Source: Eledone cirrhosa (lineage: Eukaryota). Taken from it: 64,000 bases of DNA. The stretch covers positions 207,266,001-207,330,000 of the forward strand of contig OZ024743.1 in assembly GCA_964016885.1 (NCBI GenBank), written 5' to 3'. Positions 1 through 15,000 of the stretch are shown piece by piece (positions within the stretch are counted from its first letter, which is position 1; each line of letters opens with the position of its first letter). The notes under the pieces were generated by a model that saw nothing but the letters and a program-made list of their open reading frames with translations, was not told where the DNA came from and made no database searches. The position numbers and the translations under genes were made by a program.

Positions 1-3000
1 CACTCTATCAGTACTACTAATCTACCACCCTGATCTATGTAAAGTATCTTGTCCTACACTCTACCAGTACTACCAATCTACCACCCTGATCTATGTAAAG
101 TATATTGTCCTACACTCTACCAGTACTACCAATCTACCACACTGATCTATGTAAAGTATATTGTCCTAAACTCTACCAGTAATACTAATCTACCACCCTG
201 ATCTATGTAAAGTATATTGTCCTACACTCTACCAGTACTACTAATCTACCACCCTGATCTATGTAAAGTATATTGTCCTACACTCTACCAGTACTACTAA
301 TCTCACACCCTGATCTATGTAAAGTATATTGTCCTAAACTCTACCAGTACTACTAATCTCCACCCTGCTCTATGTAAAGTATATTGTCCTACACTCTACC
401 AGTACTACTAATCTACCACCCTGATCTATGTAAAGTATATTGTCCTACACTCGACCAGTACTACTAATCTACCACCCTGATCTATGTAAAGTATATTGTC
501 CTACACTCAACCAGTACTACTAATCCCCCACCCTGATCTATTTAAAGTATATTGTCCTACACTCTACCAGAACTACTAATATACCAACCTGATCTATGTA
601 AAGTATATTGTCCTACACTCTACCAGTACTACTAATCTACCACCCTGATCTAATAAAGTATATTGTCCTACACTCTACCAGTGCTACTAATCTCTCACCC
701 TCATCTATGTAAAGTATATTGTCCTACACTCTACCAGTGCTACTAATCTACCACCTTGATCTATGTAAAGTATATTGTCCTACACTCTACCAGTACTACT
801 AATCTACCACCCTGATCTATGTAAAGTATATTGTCCTACACTCTACCAGTGCTACTAATCTACCAGCTTGATCTATGTAAAGTATATTCTCCTACACTCT
901 ACCAGTGCTACTAAACTACCACCTTGATATATGTAAAGTATATTGCCCTACACTCTACCAGTACTACTAATCTACCACCTTGATCTATGTAAAGTATATT
1001 GTCCTACATTCTACCAGTACTACTAATCTACCACTCTGATCTATACAAAGTTGTATTGTCCTACACTCTACCAGTATTACTAATCTCCCACCCTGATGTA
1101 TACAAAGTATATTGTCCTACACTCTACCAGTGCTACTAATCTACCACCCTGATCTATGTAAAGTATATTGTCCTACACTCTACCAGTACTACTAAACTAC
1201 CACCCTGATCTATTTAAAGTATATTGTCCTACACTCTACCAGTACTACTAATCTACCACCCTGATTTATGTAAAGTATATTGTCCTACACTCTACCAGTA
1301 CTACTAATCTACCACCTTGATCTATGTAAAGTATATTGTCCTACACTCTACCAGTACTACTAATCTTCCACCCTGATCTATGTAAAGTATATTGTCCTAC
1401 ACTCTACCAGTACTACTAATCTCCCACCCTGATCTATGTAAAGTATATTGTCCTACACTCTACCAGTACTACTAAGCTACCACCCTGATCTATGTAAAGT
1501 ATATTGTCCTACACTCTACCAGTACTACTAATCTACCACCCTGATCTATGTTAAGTATATTGTCCTACACTCTACCAGTACTACGAATCTACCACCATGA
1601 TCTATGTAAAGTATATTGTCCTAAACTCTACCAGTACTACTAATCTACCACCCTGATCTATTTAAAGTATATTGTCCTACACTCTACCAGTACTACTAAT
1701 CTCCCACCCTCATCTATATAAAATATATTGTCCTAAACTCTACTAGTACTACTAATCTACCACCTTAATCTATTTAAAGTATCTTGTCCTACACTCTACC
1801 AGTACTACTAATCTCCCACCCTGATCTATGTAAAGTATATTGTCCTACACTCTACCAGTACTACTAATCTACCACCCTGATCTATGTAAAGTATATTGTC
1901 CTACACTCTACCAGTACTACTAATCTACCACCCTGATCTATGTAAAGTATATTGTCCTACACTCTACCAAGTACTACTAATCTACCACCCTGATCTATGT
2001 AAAGTATATTGTCCTAAACTCTACCAGTACTACTAAACTACCACCCTGATCTATGTAAAGTATATTCTCCTACACTCTACCAGTACTACTAATCTACCAC
2101 CCTGATCTATGTAAAGTATATTGTCCTACACTCTACCAAGTACTACTAATCTACCACCCTGATCTATGTAAAGTATATTCTCCTAAACTCTACCAGTACT
2201 ACTAAACTACCACCCTGATCTATGTAAAGTATATTCTCCTACACTCTACCAGTACTACTAATCTACCACCCTGATCTATGTAAAGTATATTGTCCTACAC
2301 TCTACCAGTACTACTAATCTACCACCCTGATCTATGTAAAGTATATTGTCCTACACTCTACCAGTGCTACTAATCTTCCACCTTGATCTATGTAAAGTAT
2401 ATTGTCCTAAACTCTACCAGTACTACTAATCTACTACCCTGATCTATGTAAAGCATATTGTCCTACACTCGACCAGTACTACTAATCTCCCAACTTGATC
2501 TATGTAAAGTATCTTGTCCTACACTCTACCAGTACTACTAATCTACCACCCTGATCTATGTAAAGTATATTGTCCTACACTCTACCAGTGCTACTAATCT
2601 ACCACCTTGATCTATGTAAAGTATATTGTCCTACACTCTACCAGTGCTACTAATCTACCACCTTGATCTACGTAAAGTATATTCTCCTACACTCTACCAG
2701 TGCTACTAATCTACCACCTTGATATATGTAACGTATATTGCCCTACACTCTACCAGTACTACTAATCTACCACCTTGATCTATGTAAAGTATATTGTCCT
2801 ACATTCTACCAGTACTACTAATATACCACCCTGATTTTATACAAAGTTGTATTGTCCTACACTCTACCAGTGCTACTAATCTACCACCTTGATCTACGTA
2901 AAGTATATTCTCCTACACTCTACCAGTGCTACTAATCTACCACCTTGATATATGTAACGTATATTGCCCTACACTCTACCAGTACTACTAATCTACCACC

Positions 3001-6000
3001 TTGATCTATGTAAAGTATATTGTCCTACATTCTACCAGTACTACTAATCTACCACCCTGATCTATACAAAGTTGTATTGTCCTACACTCTACCAGTGCTA
3101 CTAATCTACCAGCTTGATCTATGTAAAGTATATTGTCCTACACTCTACCAGTACTACTATTCTCCCACCCTGATCTATGTAAAGTATATTGTCCTACACT
3201 CTATCAGTACTACTAATCTACCACCCTGATCTATGTAAAGTATCTTGTCCTACACTCTACCAGTACTACCAATCTACCACCCTGATCTATGTAAAGTATA
3301 TTGTCCTACACTCTACCAGTACTACCAATCTACCACCCTGATCTATGTAAAGTATATTGTCCTAAACTCTACCAGTAATACTAATCTACCACCCTGATCT
3401 ATGTAAAGTATATTGTCCTACACTCTACCAGTACTACTAATCTACCACCCTGATCTATGTAAAGTATATTGTCCTACACTCTACCAGTACTACTAATCTC
3501 ACACCCTGATCTATGTAAAGTATATTGTCCTAAACTCTACCAGTACTACTAATCTCCACCCTGCTCTATGTAAAGTATATTGTCCTACACTCTACCAGTA
3601 CTACTAATCTACCACCCTGATCTATGTAAAGTATATTGTCCTACACTCGACCAGTACTACTAATCTACCACCCTGATCTATGTAAAGTATATTGTCCTAC
3701 ACTCAACCAGTACTACTAATCCCCCACCCTGATCTATTTAAAGTATATTGTCCTACACTCTACCAGAACTACTAATATACCAACCTGATCTATGTAAAGT
3801 ATATTGTCCTACACTCTACCAGTACTACTAATCTACCACCCTGATCTAATAAAGTATATTGTCCTACACTCTACCAGTGCTACTAATCTCTCACCCTCAT
3901 CTATGTAAAGTATATTGTCCTACACTCTACCAGTGCTACTAATCTACCACCTTGATCTATGTAAAGTATATTGTCCTACACTCTACCAGTACTACTAATC
4001 TACCACCCTGATCTATGTAAAGTATATTGTCCTACACTCTACCAGTGCTACTAATCTACCAGCTTGATCTATGTAAAGTATATTCTCCTACACTCTACCA
4101 GTGCTACTAAACTACCACCTTGATATATGTAAAGTATATTGCCCTACACTCTACCAGTACTACTAATCTACCACCTTGATCTATGTAAAGTATATTGTCC
4201 TACATTCTACCAGTACTACTAATCTACCACTCTGATCTATACAAAGTTGTATTGTCCTACACTCTACCAGTATTACTAATCTCCCACCCACCCTGATGTA
4301 TACAAAGTATATTGTCCTACACTCTACCAGTGCTACTAATCTACCACCCTGATCTATGTAAAATATATTGTCCTACACTCTACCAGTACTACTAAACTAC
4401 CACCCTGATCTATTTAAAGTATATTGTCCTACACTCTACCAGTACTACTAATCTACCACCCTGATTTATGTAAAGTATATTGTCCTACACTCTACCAGTA
4501 CTACTAATCTACCACCTTGATCTATGTAAAGTATATTGTCCTACACTCTACCAGTACTACTAATCTTCCAGCCTGATCTATGTAAAGTATATTGTCCTAC
4601 ACTCTACCAGTACTACTAATCTCCCACCCTGATCTATGTAAAGTATATTGTCCTACACTCTACCAGTACTACTAAGCTACCACCCTGATCTATGTAAAGT
4701 ATATTGTCCTACACTCTACCAGTACTACTAATCTACCACCCTGATCTATGTAAAGTCTATTGTCCTAGACTCTACCAGTACTACTAATCTACCACCCTGA
4801 TCTATGTAAAGTATATTGTCCTACACTCTACCAAGTACTACTAATCTACCACCCTGATCTATGTAAAGTATATTGTCCTAAACTCTACCAGTACTACTAA
4901 ACTACCACCCTGATCTATGTAAAGTATATTCTCCTACACTCTACCAGTACTACTAATCTACCACCCTGATCTATGTAAAGTATATTGTCCTACACTCTAC
5001 CAGTGCTACTAATCTACCAGCTTGATCTATGTAAAGTATATTCCCCTACACTCTACCAGTGCTACTAAACTACCACCTTGATATATGTAAAGTATATTGC
5101 CCTACACTCTACCAGTACTACTAATCTACCACCTTGATCTATGTAAAGTATATTGTCCTACATTCTACCAGTACTACTAATCTACCACTCTGATCTATAC
5201 AAAGTTGTATTGTCCTACACTCTACCAGTATTACTAATCTCCCACCCTGATGTATACAAAGTATATTGTCCTACACTCTACCAGTGCTACTAATCTACCA
5301 CCCTGATCTATGTAAAATATATTGTCCTACACTCTACCAGTACTACTAAACTACCACCCTGATCTATTTAAAGTATATTGTCCTACACTCTACCAGTACT
5401 ACTAATCTACCACCCTGATTTATGTAAAGTATATTGTCCTACACTCTACCAGTACTACTAATCTACCACCTTGATCTATGTAAAGTATATTGTCCTACAT
5501 TCTACCAGTACTACTAATCTACCACTCTGATCTATACAAAGTTGTATTGTCCTACACTCTACCAGTATTACTAATCTCCCACCCTGATGTATACAAAGTA
5601 TATTGTCCTACACTCTACCAGTGCTACTAATCTACCACCCTGATCTATGTAAAATATATTGTCCTACACTCTACCAGTACTACTAAACTACCACCCTGAT
5701 CTATTTAAAGTATATTGTCCTACACTCTACCAGTACTACTAATCTACCACCCTGATTTATGTAAAGTATATTGTCCTACACTCTACCAGTGCTACTAATC
5801 TACCACCCTGATCTATGTAAAATATATTGTCCTACACTCTACCAGTACTACTAAACTACCACCCTGATCTATTTAAAGTATATTGTCCTACACTCTACCA
5901 GTACTACTAATCTACCACCCTGATTTATGTAAAGTATATTGTCCTACACTCTACCAGTACTACTAATCTACCACATTGATCTATGTAAAGTATATTGTCC

Positions 6001-9000
6001 TACACTCTACCAGTACTACTAATCTTCCACCCTGATCTATGTAAAGTATATTCTCCTACACTCTACCAGTACTACTAATCTACCACCCTGATCTATGTAA
6101 AGTATATTGTCCTACACTCTACCAGTGCTACTAATCTACCAGCTTGATCTATGTAAAGTATATTCTCCTACACTCTACCAGTGCTACTAAACTACCACCT
6201 TGATATATGTAAAGTATATTGCCCTACACTCTACCAGTACTACTAATCTACCACCTTGATCTATGTAAAGTATATTGTCCTACATTCTACCAGTACTACT
6301 AATCTACCACTCTGATCTATACAAAGTTGTATTGTCCTACACTCTACCAGTATTACTAATCTCCCACCCTGATGTATACAAAGTATATTGTCCTACACTC
6401 TACCAGTGCTACTAATCTACCACCCTGATCTATGTAAAATATATTGTCCTACACTCTACCAGTACTACTAAACTACCACCCTGATCTATTTAAAGTATAT
6501 TGTCCTACACTCTACCAGTACTACTAATCTACCACCCTGATTTATGTAAAGTATATTGTCCTACACTCTACCAGTACTACTAATCTACCACCTTGATCTA
6601 TGTAAAGTATATTGTCCTACACTCTACCAGTACTACTAATCTTCCACGCTGATCTATGTAAAGTATATTGTCCTACACTCTACCAGTACTACTAATCTCC
6701 CACCCTGATCTATGTAAAGTATATTGTCCTACACTCTACCAGTACTACTAAGCTACCACCCTGATCTATGTAAAGTATATTGTCCTACACTCTACCAGTA
6801 CTACTAATCTACCACCCTGATCTATGTAAAGTATATTGTCCTACACTCTACCAGTACTACTAATCTACCAGCCTGATCTATGTAAAGTATATTGTCCTAC
6901 ACTCTACCAAGTACTACTAATCTACCACCCTGATCTATGTAAAGTATATTGTCCTAAACTCTACCAGTACTACTAAACTACCACCCTGATCTATGTAAAG
7001 TATATTCTCCTACACTCTACCAGTACTACTAATCTACCACCCTGATCTATGTAAAGTATATTGTCCTACACTCTACCAAGTACTACTAATCTACCACCCT
7101 GATCTATGTAAAGTATATTGTCCTACACTCTACCAGTACTACTAAACTACCACCCTGATCTATGTAAAGTATATTGTCCTACATTCTACCAGTACTACTA
7201 ATCTACCACTCTGATCTATACAAAGTTGTATTGTCCTACACTCTACCAGTATTACTAATCTCCCACCCTGATGTATACAAAGTATATTGTCCTACACTCT
7301 ACCAGTGCTACTAATCTACCACCCTGATCTATGTAAAATATATTGTCCTACACTCTACCAGTACTACTAAACTACCACCCTGATCTATTTAAAGTATATT
7401 GTCCTACACTCTACCAGTACTACTAATCTACCACCCTGATTTATGTAAAGTATATTGTCCTACACTCTACCAGTACTACTAATCTACCACCTTGATCTAT
7501 GTAAAGTATATTGTCCTACACTCTACCAGTACTACTAATCTTCCACCCTGATCTATGTAAAGTATATTGTCCTACACTCTACCAGTACTACTAATCTCCC
7601 ACCCTGATCTATGTAAAGTATATTGTCCTACACTCTACCAGTACTACTAAGCTACCACCCTGATCTATGTAAAGTATATTGTCCTACACTCTACCAGTAC
7701 TACTAATCTACCACCCTGATCTATGTAAAGTATATTGTCCTACACTCTACCAGTACTACTAATCTACCACCCTGATCTATGTAAAGTATATTGTCCTACA
7801 CTCTACCAAGTACTACTAATCTACCACCCTGATCTATGTAAAGTATATTGTCCTAAACTCTACCAGTACTACTAAACTACCACCCTGATCTATGTAAAGT
7901 ATATTCTCCTACACTCTACCAGTACTACTAATCTACCACCCTGATCTATGTAAAGTATATTGTCCTACACTCTACCAGTGCTACTAATCTACCAGCTTGA
8001 TCTATGTAAAGTATATTCTCCTACACTCTACCAGTGCTACTAAACTACCACCTTGATATATGTAAAGTATATTGCCCTACACTCTACCAGTACTACTAAT
8101 CTACCACCTTGATCTATGTAAAGTATATTGTCCTACATTCTACCAGTACTACTAATCTACCACTCTGATCTATACAAAGTTGTATTGTCCTACACTCTAC
8201 CAGTATTACTAATCTCCCACCCTGATGTATACAAAGTATATTGTCCTACACTCTACCAGTGCTACTAATCTACCACCCTGATCTATGTAAAATATATTGT
8301 CCTACACTCTACCAGTACTACTAAACTACCACCCTGATCTATTTAAAGTATATTGTCCTACACTCTACCAGTACTACTAATCTACCACCCTGATTTATGT
8401 AAAGTATATTGTCCTACACTCTACCAGTACTACTAATCTACCACCTTGATCTATGTAAAGTATATTGTCCTACATTCTACCAGTACTACCAATCTACCAC
8501 TCTGATCTATACAAAGTTGTATTGTCCTACACTCTACCAGTATTACTAATCTCCCACCCTGATGTATACAAAGTATATTGTCCTACACTCTACCAGTGCT
8601 ACTAATCTACCACCCTGATCTATGTAAAATATATTGTCCTACACTCTACCAGTACTACTAAACTACCACCCTGATCTATTTAAAGTATATTGTCCTACAC
8701 TCTACCAGTACTACTAATCTACCACCCTGATTTATGTAAAGTATATTGTCCTACACTCTACCAGTACTACTAATCTACCACATTGATCTATGTAAAGTAT
8801 ATTGTCCTACACTCTACCAGTACTACTAATCTTCCACCCTGATCTATGTAAAGTATATTGTCCTACACTCTACCAGTACTACTAATCTCCCACCCTGATC
8901 TATGTAAAGTATATTGTCCTACACTCTACCAGTACTACTAAGCTACCACCCTGATCTATGTAAAGTATATTGTCCTACACTCTACCAGTACTACTAATCT

Positions 9001-12000
9001 ACCACCCTGATCTATGTAAAGTATATTGTCCTACACTCTACCAGTACTACTAATCTACCACCCTGATCTATGTAAAGTATATTGTCCTACACTCTACCAA
9101 GTACTACTAATCTACCACCCTGATCTATGTAAAGTATATTGTCCTAAACTCTACCAGTACTACTAAACTACCACCCTGATCTATGTAAAGTATATTCTCC
9201 TACACTCTACCAGTACTACTAATCTACCACCTTGATCTATGTAAAGTATATTGTCCTACATTCTACCTGTACTACTAATCTACCACTCTGATCTATACAA
9301 AGTTGTATTGTCCTACACTCTACCAGTATTACTAATCTCCCACCCTGATGTATACAAAGTATATTGTCCTACACTCTACCAGTGCTACTAATCTACCACC
9401 CTGATCTATGTAAAATATATTGTCCTACACTCTACCAGTACTACTAAACTACCACCCTGATCTATTTAAAGTATATTGTCCTACACTCTACCAGTACTAC
9501 TAATCTACCACCCTGATTTATGTAAAGTATATTGTCCTACACTCTACCAGTACTACTAATCTACCACCTTGATCTATGTAAAGTATATTGTCCTACACTC
9601 TACCAGTACTACTAATCTTCCACCCTGATCTATGTAAAGTATATTGTCCTACACTCTACCAGTACTACTAATCTCCCACCCTGATCTATGTAAAGTATAT
9701 TGTCCTACACTCTACCAGTACTACTAAGCTACCACCCTGATCTATGTAAAGTATATTGTCCTACACTCTACCAGTACTACTAATCTACCACCCTGATCTA
9801 TGTAAAGTATATTGTTCTACACTCTACCAGTACTACTAATCTACCACCCTGATCTATGTAAAGTATATTGTCCTACACTCTACCAAGTACTACTAATCTA
9901 CCACCCTGATCTATGTAAAGTATATTGTCCTAAACTCTACCAGTACTACTAAACTACCACCCTGATCTATGTAAAGTATATTCTCCTACACTCTACCAGT
10001 ACTACTAATCTACCACCCTGATCTATGTAAAGTATATTGTCCTACACTCTACCAGTGCTACTAATCTACCAGCTTGATCTATGTAAAGTATATTCTCCTA
10101 CACTCTACCAGTGCTACTAAACTACCACCTTGATATATGTAAAGTATATTGCCCTACACTCTACCAGTACTACTAATCTACCACCTTGATCTATGTAAAG
10201 TATATTGTCCTACATTCTACCAGTACTACTAATCTACCACTCTGATCTATACAAAGTTGTATTGTCCTACACTCTACCAGTATTACTAATCTCCCACCCC
10301 GATGTATACAAAGTATATTGTCCTACACTCTACCAGTGCTACTAATCTACCACCCTGATCTATGTAAAATATATTGTCCTACACTCTACCAGTACTACTA
10401 AACTACCACCCTGATCTATTTAAAGTATATTGTCCTACACTCTACCAGTACTACTAATCTACCACCCTGATTTATGTAAAGTATATTGTCCTACACTCTA
10501 CCAGTACTACTAATCTACCACCTTGATCTATGTAAAGTATATTGTCCTACACTCTACCAGTACTACTAATCTTCCACCCTGATCTATGTAAAGTATATTG
10601 TCCTACACTCTACCAGTACTACTAATCTCCCACCCTGATCTATGTAAAGTATATTGTCCTACACTCTACCAGTACTACTAAGCTACCACCCTGATCTATG
10701 TAAAGTATATTGTCCTACACTCTACCAGTACTACTAATCTACCACCCTGATCTATGTAAAGTATATTGTCCTACACTCTACCAGTACTACTAATCTACCA
10801 CCCTGATCTATGTAAAGTATATTGTCCTACACTCTACCAAGTACTACTAATCTACCACCCTGATCTATGTAAAGTATATTGTCCTAAACTCTACCAGTAC
10901 TACTAAACTACCACCCTGATCTATGTAAAGTATATTCTCCTACACTCTACCAGTACTACTAATCTACCACCCTGATCTATGTAAAGTATATTGTCCTACA
11001 CTCTACCAAGTACTACTAATCTACCACCCTGATCTATGTAAAGTATATTGTCCTACACTCTACCAGTACTACTAAACTACCACCCTGATCTATGTAAAGT
11101 ATATTGTCCTACACTCTACCAGTACTACTAATCTACCACCCTGATCTATGTAAAGTATATTGTCCTACACTCTACCAAGTACTACTAATCTACCACGCTG
11201 ATCTATGTAAAGTATATTGTCCTAAACTCTACCAGTACTACTAAACTACCACCCTGATCTATGTAAAGTATATTCTCCTACACTCTACCAGTACTACTAA
11301 TCTACCACCCTGATCTATGTAAAGTATATTGTCCTACACTCTACCAAGTACTACTAATCTACCACCCTGATCTATGTAAAGTATATTGTCCTAAACTCTA
11401 CCAGTACTACTAAACTACCACCCTGATCTATGTAAAGTATATTCTCCTACACTCTACCAGTACTACTAATCTACCACCCTGATCTATGTAAAGTATATTG
11501 TCCTACACTCTACCAGTACTACTAATCTACCACCCTGATCTATGTAAAGTATATTGTCCTACACTCTACCAGTGCTACTAATCTTCCACCTTGATCTATG
11601 TAAAGTATATTGTCCTAAACTCTACCAGTACTACTAATCTACTACCCTGATCTATGTAAAGCATATTGTCCTACACTCGACCAGTACTACTAATCTCCCA
11701 ACTTGATCTATGTAAAGTATCTTGTCCTACACTCTACCAGTACTACTAATCTACCACCCTGATCTATGTAAAGTATATTGTCCTACACTCTACCAGTGCT
11801 ACTAATCTACCACCTTGATCTATGTAAAGTATATTGTCCTACACTCTACCAGTGCTACTAATCTACCACCTTGATCTACGTAAAGTATATTCTCCTACAC
11901 TCTACCAGTGCTACTAATCTACCACCTTGATATATGTAACGTATATTGCCCTACACTCTACCAGTACTACTAATCTACCACCTTGATCTATGTAAAGTAT

Positions 12001-15000
12001 ATTGTCCTACATTCTACCAGTACTACTAATATACCACCCTGATTTTATACAAAGTTGTATTGTCCTACACTCTACCAGTGCTACTAATCTACCACCTTGA
12101 TCTACGTAAAGTATATTCTCCTACACTCTACCAGTGCTACTAATCTACCACCTTGATATATGTAACGTATATTGCCCTACACTCTACCAGTACTACTAAT
12201 CTACCACCTTGATCTATGTAAAGTATATTGTCCTACATTCTACCAGTACTACTAATCTACCACCCTGATCTATACAAAGTTGTATTGTCCTACACTCTAC
12301 CAGTGCTACTAATCTACCAGCTTGATCTATGTAAAGTATATTGTCCTACACTCTACCAGTACTACTATTCTCCCACCCTGATCTATGTAAAGTATATTGT
12401 CCTACACTCTATCAGTACTACTAATCTACCACCCTGATCTATGTAAAGTATCTTGTCCTACACTCTACCAGTACTACCAATCTACCACCCTGATCTATGT
12501 AAAGTATATTGTCCTACACTCTACCAGTACTACCAATCTACCACCCTGATCTATGTAAAGTATATTGTCCTAAACTCTACCAGTAATACTAATCTACCAC
12601 CCTGATCTATGTAAAGTATATTGTCCTACACTCTACCAGTACTACTAATCTACCACCCTGATCTATGTAAAGTATATTGTCCTACACTCTACCAGTACTA
12701 CTAATCTCACACCCTGATCTATGTAAAGTATATTGTCCTAAACTCTACCAGTACTACTAATCTCCACCCTGCTCTATGTAAAGTATATTGTCCTACACTC
12801 TACCAGTACTACTAATCTACCACCCTGATCTATGTAAAGTATATTGTCCTACACTCGACCAGTACTACTAATCTACCACCCTGATCTATGTAAAGTATAT
12901 TGTCCTACACTCAACCAGTACTACTAATCCCCCACCCTGATCTATTTAAAGTATATTGTCCTACACTCTACCAGAACTACTAATATACCAACCTGATCTA
13001 TGTAAAGTATATTGTCCTACACTCTACCAGTACTACTAATCTACCACCCTGATCTAATAAAGTATATTGTCCTACACTCTACCAGTGCTACTAATCTCTC
13101 ACCCTCATCTATGTAAAGTATATTGTCCTACACTCTACCAGTGCTACTAATCTACCACCTTGATCTATGTAAAGTATATTGTCCTACACTCTACCAGTAC
13201 TACTAATCTACCACCCTGATCTATGTAAAGTATATTGTCCTACACTCTACCAGTGCTACTAATCTACCAGCTTGATCTATGTAAAGTATATTCTCCTACA
13301 CTCTACCAGTGCTACTAAACTACCACCTTGATATATGTAAAGTATTTTGCCCTACACTCTACCAGTACTACTAATCTACCACCTTGATCTATGTAAAGTA
13401 TATTGTCCTACATTCTACCAGTACTACTAATCTACCACTCTGATCTATACAAAGTTGTATTGTCCTACACTCTACCAGTGCTACTAAACTACCACCTTGA
13501 TATATGTAAAGTATATTGTCCTACACTCTACCAGTACTACTAATCTACCACCTTGATCTATGTAAAGTATATTGTCCTACACTCTACCAGTACTACTAAT
13601 CTTCCAGCCTGATCTATGTAAAGTATATTGTCCTACACTCTACCAGTACTACTAATCTCCCACCCTGATCTATGTAAAGTATATTGTCCTACACTCTACC
13701 AGTACTACTAAGCTACCACCCTGATCTATGTAAAGTATATTGTCCTACACTCTACCAGTACTACTAATCTACCACCCTGATCTATGTAAAGTATATTGTC
13801 CTACACTCTACCAGTACTACTAATCTACCACCCTGATCTATGTAAAGTATATTGTCCTACACTCTACCAAGTACTACTAATCTACCACCCTGATCTATGT
13901 AAAGTATATTGTCCTAAACTCTACCAGTACTACTAAACTACCACCCTGATCTATGTAAAGTATATTCTCCTACACTCTACCAGTACTACTAATCTACCAC
14001 CCTGATCTATGTAAAGTATATTGTCCTACACTCTACCAGTGCTACTAATCTACCAGCTTGATCTATGTAAAGTATATTCTCCTACACTCTACCAGTGCTA
14101 CTAAACTACCACCTTGATATATGTAAAGTATATTGCCCTACACTCTACCAGTACTACTAATCTACCACCTTGATCTATGTAAAGTATATTGTCCTACATT
14201 CTACCAGTACTACTAATCTACCACTCTGATCTATACAAAGTTGTATTGTCCTACACTCTACCAGTATTACTAATCTCCCACCCTGATGTATACAAAGTAT
14301 ATTGTCCTACACTCTACCAGTGCTACTAATCTACCACCCTGATCTATGTAAAATATATTGTCCTACACTCTACCAGTACTACTAAACTACCACCCTGATC
14401 TATTTAAAGTATATTGTCCTACACTCTACCAGTACTACTAATCTACCACCCTGATTTATGTAAAGTATATTGTCCTACACTCTACCAGTACTACTAATCT
14501 ACCACCTTGATCTATGTAAAGTATATTGTCCTACACTCTACCAGTACTACTAATCTTCCATCCTGATCTATGTAAAGTATATTGTCCTACACTCTACCAG
14601 TACTACTAATCTCCCCCCCTGATCTATGTAAAGTATATTGTCCTACACTCTACCAGTACTACTAAGCTACCACCCTGATCTATGTAAAGTATATTGTCCT
14701 ACACTCTACCAGTACTACTAATCTACCACCCTGATCTATGTAAAGTATATTGTCCTACACTCTACCAGTACTACTAATCTACCACCCTGATCTATGTAAA
14801 GTATATTGTCCTACACTCTACCAAGTACTACTAATCTACCACCCTGATCTATGTAAAGTATATTGTCCTAAACTCTACCAGTACTACTAAACTACCACCC
14901 TGATCTATGTAAAGTATATTCTCCTACACTCTACCAGTACTACTAATCTACCACCCTGATCTATGTAAAGTATATTGTCCTACACTCTACCAAGTACTAC

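Noticed and set aside
34-50. TATA-like or promoter motif (TATGTAAAGTATAT) and GATC sites in each monomer
   Set aside because: Short AT-rich motifs are expected by chance, and there is no downstream gene or other evidence of regulatory function.
3020-3229. 69-aa ORF MSYILPVLLIYHPDLYK...
   Set aside because: It is a translation of satellite monomers starting at TTG rather than ATG, kept open only by a +1 insertion variant and a TAA->TAT change. It has no recognisable domain or gene context.
12228-12437. Identical second copy of the 69-aa ORF
   Set aside because: The identity is explained by the 9,208-bp array duplication, not by coding constraint.
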